The notes below the pieces were generated by a model that saw only the letters and a program-made list of their open reading frames with translations, was not told the DNA's origin and ran no database searches. A stretch of DNA of 32,000 nucleotides from Haloferax volcanii DS2. Its GTDB lineage: Archaea; Halobacteriota; Halobacteria; Halobacteriales; Haloferacaceae. Location: the NCBI RefSeq assembly GCF_000025685.1, contig NC_013967.1:240001-272000 (forward strand), read 5' to 3'. A program made the position numbers and the translations under genes. Below are positions 1 to 8,185 of the stretch, one piece after another (position 1 is the first letter of the stretch; each line of letters begins with the position of its first letter).

Positions 1-1095
1 AAGGCGAAAATCACCATCGTTAACGAGCTCAACAACGGCTCGACGGTCAGTCAGGCGAAAGTCGCGGCCAATCAGACAGTCGCGGAGTACTACACCGGCG
101 TCCAGCGGAACGTGATTGCTGATTGGAACGCGAAGACGTACACACTCGGGTACCTCCACACGGAAAGCGGACTTGCCCTCACTCCAGACGGTTTCTCGCA
201 CATCACAGAGTGGGACAACAAGACGTACACGCTTTCGGATGGGTCGACGCAGACCCTGCGAGCGATGGACTACTCAACGAATGGAGACTACCACGTGGCC
301 CCTGAGACGACTATCATGCCACGCTCGACGGCCGACCCCGGTATCACGACTATGGGGTCCATCCAAGCCGAAGACCCGTCGGACGGATCTACGACTCACG
401 TTCTTAGTGCGGTGGCCTACGCCGAGATTCTCGACAACACCTACAATCAGTCAAATCAGATTCAGGCGAACGTCGACGAGTACGCTGATGATGCGTACGC
501 GCAGTACCAAGCGGGCGACATCAACACGAGCGACCTGCTCGACCCGACAACGATTGCCTCGCAAGCGGCGACTGATTACAACTCGACGGGGTACTACTCG
601 TTTGCCGCTGTGCAACTCGCGTCGCTCGGTGCGTCGGGCGACCTCAACGCCTCGCACACTATCGAGACGGGCGACGGTACGACGCTCAACGGGACGCTCT
701 ACTACACAGGCGACGACGCGCCTGCCGGTGGTTGGGTGACTAATGAGACGTACACCGTTTCGAACTTTAGCGGGACGTTCTACGTGGCCGCCCAACAGCA
801 GGACGGAAACGGGAGTATCGTCGACCTCTCGACCTACGAGAATTTCACAATCGTCGACGCGGTCAACACCCGGACAGGTGAGTCGCTGAACGCGACGCAA
901 CCCGAGACGTACATCTACGACTCGACGAACGCAAGCGCCCTCGCGGACGAAATTGATCGGCTTCGTGATCTTCGCGCAGAGTACGAGCAGGCCGGCGGTT
1001 CCGGTGGCGGCGGTGGAATCGGAATCGGAACTGAGGACCGCCTTATCATCGCCGGTGCGATCGTTGCGCTCATCCTCGTCGCTACCCGGAACTGA
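1..1095 (+). CDS. Provirus envelope/spike-like glycoprotein (pleolipovirus VP4-like), 5'-truncated by the window edge
   Basis: Frame 1 is open from base 1, so the track start at 112 is internal. There are many N-x-S/T sequons. An amphipathic stretch (LADEIDRLRDLRAEYEQ) is followed by a Gly-rich linker (GGSGGGGGIGIG) and a C-terminal TM helix (LIIAGAIVALILVA). It is the first gene of a 4-gene coupled block ending in a P-loop NTPase. The function is inferred from architecture and synteny, not from a search. Confidence 0.6.
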   Translation, partial: KAKITIVNELNNGSTVSQAKVAANQTVAEYYTGVQRNVIADWNAKTYTLGYLHTESGLALTPDGFSHITEWDNKTYTLSDGSTQTLRAMDYSTNGDYHVAPETTIMPRSTADPGITTMGSIQAEDPSDGSTTHVLSAVAYAEILDNTYNQSNQIQANVDEYADDAYAQYQAGDINTSDLLDPTTIASQAATDYNSTGYYSFAAVQLASLGASGDLNASHTIETGDGTTLNGTLYYTGDDAPAGGWVTNETYTVSNFSGTFYVAAQQQDGNGSIVDLSTYENFTIVDAVNTRTGESLNATQPETYIYDSTNASALADEIDRLRDLRAEYEQAGGSGGGGGIGIGTEDRLIIAGAIVALILVATRN

Positions 1096-1128
1096 CCGTT
1101 TCGACCACTCTACCAACCTTTCACACTC

Positions 1129-1704
1129 ATGCGCAGAACCATCATCACGCTCGTGATCCTCATCGCAGTCGTATCGCCCGCGCTCGTCGGCACGGTCGCC
1201 GCGCAAGAATCGACGAACTCCACGACGACCACCGCGCCGTCGACCACGCCCGAAGCAACTCAGACTATCGAACTCTCTCCGACGACGCGAATCAAATCGT
1301 GGTCGTTCTCGAATGGGACGTTCTCGCTCGTCGTCGAGGCTGACATCCCGACACGGATCGCCATCACCGACGCTGGTGAACTCTCTCGGATTCTTTCCGA
1401 GGGAGACGGTGCAGCTGCCGGGAAAGCCCGCGTCCGGCGCATGACCTTGACCCCCGGAACGACCGTCGTCAAGTTCCGCGCCGAATCGGTCGGTGACGCG
1501 TCGGCAATCACCGTCTCCTCGTCGAACGCAGACGGTATCGTTGCTATCCGCTCCGACGCGATCAAGACTGGAAACCCGCCCGTCGAGTACGGAACGGTCC
1601 AGACGCTTCTCGCGTCGACGGCGGTCGCCGCGGCCGGTGGGACCTTCCTGTGGGTTCGCAAGAAGCGCAACGAGAAGCAGCTGGAGGTTGAGCGGGAATG
1701 GTGA
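1129..1704 (+). CDS. Provirus secreted/membrane-anchored protein (signal peptide plus C-terminal TM)
   Basis: ATG start. The N-terminal signal-like helix is MRRTIITLVILIAVVSPALVGTVAAQ, followed by a Thr/Ser-rich linker. The C-terminal TM helix is followed by basic residues (WVRKKRNEK). It overlaps the next gene by 7 nt. Confidence 0.7.
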   Translation: MRRTIITLVILIAVVSPALVGTVAAQESTNSTTTTAPSTTPEATQTIELSPTTRIKSWSFSNGTFSLVVEADIPTRIAITDAGELSRILSEGDGAAAGKARVRRMTLTPGTTVVKFRAESVGDASAITVSSSNADGIVAIRSDAIKTGNPPVEYGTVQTLLASTAVAAAGGTFLWVRKKRNEKQLEVEREW

Positions 1705-2492
1705 ACGACTGGGTGAAGCTCGGCGCTGTGGGCGCTGTTTTCGCCTACTTCGGCGGGTACCAATTCCCCGAGTGGGCACCACTCGCCGCGTCCGGTCTCG
1801 TCATCGCTGGAATCGGTGCGCTGTTCGCGACGGGGAAGATCAACGATCTCCTCCCCGACCCACCGCGGGTGCGTCTCGTGCAGGTGAACGCGAACAGCGA
1901 CGACCCGCTGGCGTGCTGGTCTCTGTCTCCGGACAAGTTCGCAGAGATGCAGGTCGAGTGGGGCCCGCTGTATCCACACGAGCAGGCTCACGGCGATGTG
2001 TACGAGTGCTACGCGTATGATCCGTCCTCGAACGTCGCAGTTGGAACGTGGCGGCGTTCTCTCCCCGGTTCGTCACTCGTGGGGCGACACGATACAGACG
2101 ACGTTCTCGACGTAGTTGGAGAGCTTCGCGGCGACCTCGAACCGGCGGCCCGGAGAGGACAGGAACTCAGACAGGCGCTTCCGGCGATTGTGAGAAGAGT
2201 GAAGCACGATACGATGGAGGCACAGAACGCCGCGCTCGATCCATCGGCACCGATGATCACCGACCAGCCGACGGTCGACGAGATCATCACGTCCGAACTC
2301 CCCGAAGAACTCCGACCCGGCCGGCTGCAGAACGGTGACCTCCGTGATCTCCTCGAGGCTGCGGGCGACCAGGACGACAATCGGGGCGACTGGGGCGATG
2401 GTCTCGGGATGGTCTTCGACGACGACCTCGCCGATGATGCGCTCGAACCTGTTCCCACCGACCCGCTCGTTAACGATGGTGGTAACCGATGA
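1698..2492 (+). CDS. Provirus membrane protein (two N-terminal TM helices, acidic C-terminal half)
   Basis: The ATG at 1698 overlaps the upstream stop codon. The hydrophobic N-terminus is LGAVGAVFAYFGG...LVIAGIGALFATG. The remainder is very acidic, and the stop overlaps the next start as ATGA. Confidence 0.7.
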   Translation: MVNDWVKLGAVGAVFAYFGGYQFPEWAPLAASGLVIAGIGALFATGKINDLLPDPPRVRLVQVNANSDDPLACWSLSPDKFAEMQVEWGPLYPHEQAHGDVYECYAYDPSSNVAVGTWRRSLPGSSLVGRHDTDDVLDVVGELRGDLEPAARRGQELRQALPAIVRRVKHDTMEAQNAALDPSAPMITDQPTVDEIITSELPEELRPGRLQNGDLRDLLEAAGDQDDNRGDWGDGLGMVFDDDLADDALEPVPTDPLVNDGGNR

Positions 2493-3640
2493 GCGGACGC
2501 AAGCAGGGTGACTCGGCTGTTTACGCAGCTGCACAGGGACGCGAGTTCCTACGGGGTGCTCTCCGTGACAAGAGCAACGAGTACATTCGTGAGTTCGCCG
2601 GGATGATCGACGACCCCGACGTGCTCGACTTTCTGAATCGGTACTGCTCGATCTATGAGGAGCGCGGCAAGAACTTTCTCGAGACCCACGTCGGTCGGCA
2701 CGTCGTCCGGTCGGCCGCAACGTCGATGGCTGACCGCGCGTACCGCGAGGGGAACGTCTCGCAACTGCAGGGCATGGTCGGGCTCACTAACCAGAAGCGG
2801 GACGGCTCCGAGGCTATCGTCGAGGCGGCGAAACGACTCGCCGACGAAGGTGCGATCTATCTCGTTCTCGGTCCACCGGGTGCGGGAAAGACTGCATTCG
2901 CGCTCGACGTGGCGCGCGTCTTCGGTTCTCTCACCGGCGGCACCGTCCTCGCGAACGTCGCGTGGGACGGTGCAGACCGAGTCACGACATCTTCCGGCTC
3001 GATGCTCGACGCGATGGGTTCGACTGATGGACAAGTGCTACAGCTCATCGACGAGGCCGGACAGTCGCTCACCTCTCGAGGAGCTGAGGCAGCGATCACC
3101 GACGAGTTCGTGAAATCGCTGAAGTACGTCCGCAAGAAGGAGGACGGCGATACCTACGCGAAGCGCGGCTCGGTTCTGCTCATCGGACACACGAGAAAGG
3201 ACACCGCCGCCGAGATTCGCCGACTCGCCTCGGGCGCGTTCGTCAAACCGACTCGGAACGACCCCGGCCGCGTTGTCTTCCTCGACTCCGAGGGTGGTGC
3301 AGACTCGTTCGAGGAAGCCGCCGAGTTCACGGGCGTCACGGATACGCGTGAGAAGTACGATGAGCACGAGGCGTCGCATTTCTCGGTGACGCTCGACGGC
3401 GGTGACGACGACCAGGACGACTCGCCAGACCCGAACCAGATACGATGGGAGTCCGCCGTGGCGACCGTGATCAAAGCGTGCAAGCCGTGGGATGAAGAAA
3501 ACGGGATGAGCTATCCTGACGCGGCCGAACTCGTCATTTTCGGAGATTCATGGGTTGGGAATCGCGTCCGCGAGTGGAAACGTGGCGATCATCGAGATAT
3601 CGTAAGCAGTCCGGAAGGTGATTTCGAGTGGCGGCGGTAA
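2489..3640 (+). CDS. P-loop NTPase (pleolipovirus VP8-like putative ATPase)
   Basis: Walker A is LGPPGAGKT and the Walker B-like motif is VLQLIDEAG. It is the last gene of the coupled block. This position matches the conserved NTPase of the pleolipovirus core as I recall it. Confidence 0.75.
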   Translation: MSGRKQGDSAVYAAAQGREFLRGALRDKSNEYIREFAGMIDDPDVLDFLNRYCSIYEERGKNFLETHVGRHVVRSAATSMADRAYREGNVSQLQGMVGLTNQKRDGSEAIVEAAKRLADEGAIYLVLGPPGAGKTAFALDVARVFGSLTGGTVLANVAWDGADRVTTSSGSMLDAMGSTDGQVLQLIDEAGQSLTSRGAEAAITDEFVKSLKYVRKKEDGDTYAKRGSVLLIGHTRKDTAAEIRRLASGAFVKPTRNDPGRVVFLDSEGGADSFEEAAEFTGVTDTREKYDEHEASHFSVTLDGGDDDQDDSPDPNQIRWESAVATVIKACKPWDEENGMSYPDAAELVIFGDSWVGNRVREWKRGDHRDIVSSPEGDFEWRR

Positions 3641-3787
3641 CTTCCAGCAGTCGCCACCACTATCGACCCCCCGGACGGCGTATAATTACTTATCTACTGA
3701 TGCGCCGCTGGCTGCCCCCGGTGGTGGTCCGACCCCGACCGAACCGGGATTTTCGACGAAAGTCGCGTTTCGAGCGTCGAATCGAGG

Positions 3788-3795
3788 CGGTGGGT
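3788..3795. repeat. 8-bp direct repeat CGGTGGGT, copy 1 of 3 (left flank of the IS4 tandem)
   Basis: The identical octamer lies immediately outside the left IR of IS copy 1. It occurs again at 5243-5250 and 6698-6705. Confidence 0.85.
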
Positions 3796-5242
3796 CCATC
3801 CGTTCTAGTTTAACGAAGAATCCAGTTGCTGTCTGTTGATTTGATATCGTCGCAACTACCTGATTGAGAAACCCGGTGGGAAGTATGACCTACAGCCCAC
3901 CGGATTCGGTCATAGTTGACCGGATTCAAAGAGCGTTTCCCTCTGATGAGTTGCGCGAGCGCGCTCGCGCAACGAATCTCGTCCAACGAGAGCGGAAATT
4001 CGACATCGTTGCGCTGTTCTACACACTCTCGTTTGGCTTCGCTGCTGGCTCAGACCGCTCTCTCCAAGCATTTCTCGAACGCTACGTCGAGATGGCTGAC
4101 TGTGACGAACTCTCCTACGCATCGTTCCACGACTGGTTCGAACCAGGATTCGTTGCACTCCTTCGAGAGATTCTCGATGACGCAATCGAGAATCTCGATA
4201 CCGGACGAGAAGATTTGAACGGCCGTCTCGAACGCTTTCGAGACGTCCTCATTGCTGACGCAACCATCGTTTCGCTGTACCAGGACGCCGCTGATATCTA
4301 CACAGCAACCGGCGACCATCAAGCCGAACTGAAACTTCACCTCACCGAATCTCTCTCGACTGGGCTCCCGACACGATTCCGGACAACCGATGGGACGACT
4401 CATGAACGGAGTCAGCTACCCACCGGTGAGTGGGTAGCTGACGCCCTCATCTTGCTCGATTTAGGCTTCTACGACTTCTGGTTGTTCGACCGAATCGACC
4501 AGAACGGCGGGTGGTTCGTCTCCCGGGTGAAGGACAACGCGAACTTCGAGATCGTCGAAGAACTGCGAACGTGGCGAGGCAACAGCATTCCGCTGGAAGG
4601 AGAGTCGCTGCAGGCCGTCCTTGAGGACCTGCAGCGACAGGAAATCGACGTACGCATCACGCTTTCATTCGAGCGCAAACGAGGGTCGGGCGCCAGCGCG
4701 ACCCGGACGTTCCGACTGGTCGGCCTGCGCAACGAGGAGACCGACGAGTACCATCTGTATCTGACGAATCTGGCGAGAGAGGACTACAGCGCGCCCGATA
4801 TCGCGCAGCTCTATCGGGCGCGCTGGGAGGTCGAACTGCTGTTCAAGGAGCTGAAGTCGCGGTTCGGCTTGGACGAGATCAAGACGACCGACGGCTACAT
4901 CATCGAGGCGCTGATCATCATGGCCGCAATTTCGTTGATGATGAGTCGTGTAATCGTGGATGAGTTACGGTCGCTCGAGGCAAGACAGCGAGAGGGCGAA
5001 GCCGCCGCAGACGCCGACTCGTCGGCGTCGCGGCTCCCTCGGCGTCGCTGTTCGCTCGCCGTGGAACGCCACGGTCATCTGATCCAGTTGTATCTCATGA
5101 TCGAGTTGGGCTACGAACTGCCGGATTTGGACGAGCTGTTGCTGTGGGCGTCACGAAATCCAAATCCACACAGAGATCGGTTACGTGAGCAGGTTGAACG
5201 AGGTGAGTTCGGCTTTGATCGCTACTAAACTAGAACGCATGG
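3796..5242 (+). mobile_element. IS4-family insertion sequence, copy 1 (1447 bp)
   Basis: The terminal inverted repeats are CCATCCGTTCTAGTTTA (3796-3812) and TAAACTAGAACGCATGG (5226-5242), matching at 16 of 17 positions. There is a single transposase ORF. CGGTGGGT flanks both ends. Confidence 0.85.
3885..5228 (+). CDS. IS4-family DDE transposase
   Basis: YRARWEVELLFKELK matches the IS4 Y-(2)-R-(3)-E-(6)-K signature. The ATG at 3885 is preferred over the TTG at 3864 used in the track. Confidence 0.85.
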   Translation: MTYSPPDSVIVDRIQRAFPSDELRERARATNLVQRERKFDIVALFYTLSFGFAAGSDRSLQAFLERYVEMADCDELSYASFHDWFEPGFVALLREILDDAIENLDTGREDLNGRLERFRDVLIADATIVSLYQDAADIYTATGDHQAELKLHLTESLSTGLPTRFRTTDGTTHERSQLPTGEWVADALILLDLGFYDFWLFDRIDQNGGWFVSRVKDNANFEIVEELRTWRGNSIPLEGESLQAVLEDLQRQEIDVRITLSFERKRGSGASATRTFRLVGLRNEETDEYHLYLTNLAREDYSAPDIAQLYRARWEVELLFKELKSRFGLDEIKTTDGYIIEALIIMAAISLMMSRVIVDELRSLEARQREGEAAADADSSASRLPRRRCSLAVERHGHLIQLYLMIELGYELPDLDELLLWASRNPNPHRDRLREQVERGEFGFDRY

Positions 5243-5250
5243 CGGTGGGT
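5243..5250. repeat. 8-bp direct repeat CGGTGGGT, copy 2 of 3 (the only spacer between the two IS copies)
   Basis: It lies exactly between the IRR of copy 1 (ends 5242) and the IRL of copy 2 (starts 5251). Confidence 0.85.
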
Positions 5251-6697
5251 CCATCCGTTCTAGTTTAACGAAGAATCCAGTTGCTGTCTGTTGATTTGAT
5301 ATCGTCGCAACTACCTGATTGAGAAACCCGGTGGGAAGTATGACCTACAGCCCACCGGATTCGGTCATAGTTGACCGGATTCAAAGAGCGTTTCCCTCTG
5401 ATGAGTTGCGCGAGCGCGCTCGCGCAACGAATCTCGTCCAACGAGAGCGGAAATTCGACATCGTTGCGCTGTTCTACACACTCTCGTTTGGCTTCGCTGC
5501 TGGCTCAGACCGCTCTCTCCAAGCATTTCTCGAACGCTACGTCGAGATGGCTGACTGTGACGAACTCTCCTACGCATCGTTCCACGACTGGTTCGAACCA
5601 GGATTCGTTGCACTCCTTCGAGAGATTCTCGATGACGCAATCGAGAATCTCGATACCGGACGAGAAGATTTGAACGGCCGTCTCGAACGCTTTCGAGACG
5701 TCCTCATTGCTGACGCAACCATCGTTTCGCTGTACCAGGACGCCGCTGATATCTACACAGCAACCGGCGACCATCAAGCCGAACTGAAACTTCACCTCAC
5801 CGAATCTCTCTCGACTGGGCTCCCGACACGATTCCGGACAACCGATGGGACGACTCATGAACGGAGTCAGCTACCCACCGGCGAGTGGGTAGCTGACGCC
5901 CTCATTCTCCTTGATTTGGGCTTTTACGACTTCTGGCTGTTCGACCGCATCGACAAGAACGACGGTTGGTTCGTCTCTCGTGTCAAAGACGACGCGAACT
6001 TCGAGATTGTCGAAGAACTGCGAACGTGGCGAGGCAACAGCATTCCGCTGGAAGGAGAGTCGCTGCAGGCCGTCCTCGACGACCTGCAGCGACAGGAGAT
6101 CGACGTCCGCATCACGCTCTCGTTCGAGCGCAAACGAGGGTCGGGCGCCAGCGCGACCCGGACGTTTCGACTGGTCGGACTACGTAACGAGAAGACCGAC
6201 GAGTATCATCTGTATCTGACGAATCTGGCGAGAGAAAGCTACAGCGCGCCCGATATCGCGCAGCTCTATCGGGCGCGCTGGGAGGTCGAACTGCTGTTCA
6301 AGGAGTTGAAGTCGCGGTTCGGCTTGGACGAGATCAAGACGACCGACGGCTACATCATCGAGGCGCTGATCATCATGGCCGCAATTTCGTTGATGATGAG
6401 TCGTGTAATCGTGGATGAGTTGCGGTCACTTGAGGCAAGACAGCGAGAGGGCGAAGCCGCCGCAGACGCCGACTCGTCGGCGTCGCGGCTCCCTCGGCGT
6501 CGCTGTTCGCTCGCCGTGGAACGCCACGGTCATCTGATCCAACTGTATCTCATGGTTGAGCTGGGCTACGAACTGCCGGATTTGGACGAGCTGTTGCTGT
6601 GGGCGTCACGAAATCCAAATCCACACAGAGATCGGTTACGTGAGCAGGTTGAACGAGGTGAGTTCGGCTTTGATCGCTACTAAACTAGAACGCATGG
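5251..6697 (+). mobile_element. IS4-family insertion sequence, copy 2 (1447 bp), in direct tandem with copy 1
   Basis: It has the same IRs (5251-5267 and 6681-6697). The offset from copy 1 is exactly 1455 bp, which is 1447 plus 8. The sequence differs from copy 1 only between the equivalents of 4427 and 5106. Confidence 0.85.
5340..6683 (+). CDS. IS4-family DDE transposase (variant copy)
   Basis: It has the same length and motif as 3885..5228. There are six amino-acid differences, for example QNGGW versus KNDGW and EETDEY versus EKTDEY. Confidence 0.85.
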   Translation: MTYSPPDSVIVDRIQRAFPSDELRERARATNLVQRERKFDIVALFYTLSFGFAAGSDRSLQAFLERYVEMADCDELSYASFHDWFEPGFVALLREILDDAIENLDTGREDLNGRLERFRDVLIADATIVSLYQDAADIYTATGDHQAELKLHLTESLSTGLPTRFRTTDGTTHERSQLPTGEWVADALILLDLGFYDFWLFDRIDKNDGWFVSRVKDDANFEIVEELRTWRGNSIPLEGESLQAVLDDLQRQEIDVRITLSFERKRGSGASATRTFRLVGLRNEKTDEYHLYLTNLARESYSAPDIAQLYRARWEVELLFKELKSRFGLDEIKTTDGYIIEALIIMAAISLMMSRVIVDELRSLEARQREGEAAADADSSASRLPRRRCSLAVERHGHLIQLYLMVELGYELPDLDELLLWASRNPNPHRDRLREQVERGEFGFDRY

Positions 6698-6705
6698 CGG
6701 TGGGT
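6698..6705. repeat. 8-bp direct repeat CGGTGGGT, copy 3 of 3 (right flank of the IS4 tandem)
   Basis: It follows the IRR of copy 2 immediately. Confidence 0.85.
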
Positions 6706-6713
6706 CAAAGAAA

Positions 6714-7094
6714 ATGAATCGCTCGCGGAAAGCAGCACGCTACGGTCGGCTCGCGGAAGAAGCGGCGCGGCGAATCTATGACCTCGACGCCGACCACGCG
6801 AGTTGGCACGACGCCCACACGTCGGACGGTAGGCCCGTCGAGACGAAAGCGGCGATGCTGAACCGTGCTGATGGGACAGAGGGCCGATTTCGGATTTTCG
6901 AGGACTACCACGAGAGACTGGTGCGGCACGATGGCCTGTACGTCTTCATACCCTACCGCGCCCGTGGACGCGGTATACAGGTCGTGGACGCCCGTTCGGT
7001 GGAAGCATCGAAACTACGGTTCAAATTCTACGGCGCTGGTGGGCACCGAGAGTCACAGCAAGTGAAAATCCATCCGCGTCGGGTCTTTGGTTAG
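6714..7094 (+). CDS. Small basic protein, possible PD-(D/E)xK nuclease-fold protein
   Basis: ATG start with high GC3. The stretch WHDAHTSDGRPVETKAAM contains a D...E-x-K arrangement after an N-terminal helix, as in restriction-endonuclease-like folds. The assignment rests on this motif only. Confidence 0.55.
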   Translation: MNRSRKAARYGRLAEEAARRIYDLDADHASWHDAHTSDGRPVETKAAMLNRADGTEGRFRIFEDYHERLVRHDGLYVFIPYRARGRGIQVVDARSVEASKLRFKFYGAGGHRESQQVKIHPRRVFG

Positions 7095-7253
7095 TCAGGG
7101 TCTGTTGAACTGTTCAAAATATATCTGAAGTTGTGTGTGGTTGGAAATTATATTCACAAAACACCTGAAAGGAAGACATGATATGACTAAAATTAAAATC
7201 GAGACACACTTTCAAGGCGAGGCCCATCTTCGATACTAATTACAAATTGAGTT

Positions 7254-7859
7254 ATGGACGCAGACTTTACTATTATCCCAATCGTTGAAAATCCAGTTGT
7301 TAACAAAGGCGAAACCGTTCGGATACAATTATTCGTCTCTGGCTCTGGTTCACACTCAAAGCACAAGTTATACATCAATTATTCGTATGAAAATTTACTT
7401 GACACAAGTGAACCGAAAAATGGGAGTATTGGCTTCTTCAAGATGCCAATCACTACGGACAGTGGCGGAATTAATATCTCAAGTCAAGAATTGCCTCCTA
7501 ACGCAAGCTATTTTTATGAACCCTCTCGGTTCGGAACCGCAACTGGAAAAATGACTGGTGAAACACCTGATGGTCAGGTTCCAGTAAGAGTATCGGAGGC
7601 AACTGCCGACGGTTATCCACCAATGTGGGTTGAGTTAAATATCTCCTCTGAAGCCACTCCCGGCGACTATGGCATTCCAATAACGTTTACGCACTATGAT
7701 GAATCAACGGTCGCTGTAACCAAAGAAACCCCGACATTCCACGTGAACACGTGGGCAGAAAAACACAGAACCAAAATTGAATTGGTTGGTGTCATCGCTG
7801 CCTTAATTGCCTTTTTCGCGTTTCTAATTCAAGCACTAGATGTGATTGGTTGGATTTAA
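7254..7859 (+). CDS. Low-GC cargo gene: beta-rich protein with a single C-terminal TM helix (tail-anchored topology), function unknown
   Basis: It is the only long ORF in an AT-rich island. Its codons mostly end in A or T, unlike all neighbouring genes. There is no N-terminal signal peptide. The C-terminal TM helix is IELVGVIAALIAFFAFLIQALDVIGWI. Confidence 0.7.
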   Translation: MDADFTIIPIVENPVVNKGETVRIQLFVSGSGSHSKHKLYINYSYENLLDTSEPKNGSIGFFKMPITTDSGGINISSQELPPNASYFYEPSRFGTATGKMTGETPDGQVPVRVSEATADGYPPMWVELNISSEATPGDYGIPITFTHYDESTVAVTKETPTFHVNTWAEKHRTKIELVGVIAALIAFFAFLIQALDVIGWI

Positions 7860-7977
7860 TCTTCCTATCCCACTCATCCCCCGGTTCAGTGAAGCTCTCG
7901 TGAACTATTTCACATACGTCAATCATCTTCTCTCCTGAATGGTTATTGACTGGTGCTGACTTGATGGAAATTCTGCT

Positions 7978-8185
7978 ATCCCATCGGAGCGTGAATCAAT
8001 TATGGGACGCAAGAGACCGAGCTGTATTCCGTGCGCTAGAGCACGTGGTGCTGACTGGTCCGAGTGCGAAAGAAGCCGAGTTATGGGCGTCACAGCCCGG
8101 ATGCCGCTCCTGGCGGCATCCGGGAAAGCCCGCATAGGTGAATTTCTGATTCACGCACCGCCGTCCTATCCCGGAGGAACGAACC
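7978..8185 (+). ncRNA. Candidate bridge (guide) RNA region in the 5' non-coding end of the IS110 element
   Basis: Positions 8046-8056 (TGGTGCTGACT) are identical to the left flank at 7951-7961. Positions 8133-8143 (CATAGGTGAAT) are identical to the right junction at 9403-9413. A perfect 12-bp GC-rich hairpin (8096-8107 pairing with 8113-8124) lies between them. The RNA itself is an inference. Confidence 0.35.

Noticed and set aside
990-1030. GGC/GGT-rich low-complexity stretch that looks like a simple repeat
   Set aside because: It is in frame within the spike-like CDS and encodes a Gly-rich linker (GGSGGGGGIGIG) ahead of the TM anchor. It is not an independent repeat element.
451-1782. 443-aa ORF on the - strand across the spike-like gene and the next gene
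   Set aside because: It is Arg/Gly/Pro-rich with no acidic bias. It is antisense to ORFs that have clear signal, TM and glycosylation features. This is a typical stop-poor antisense frame in high-GC DNA.
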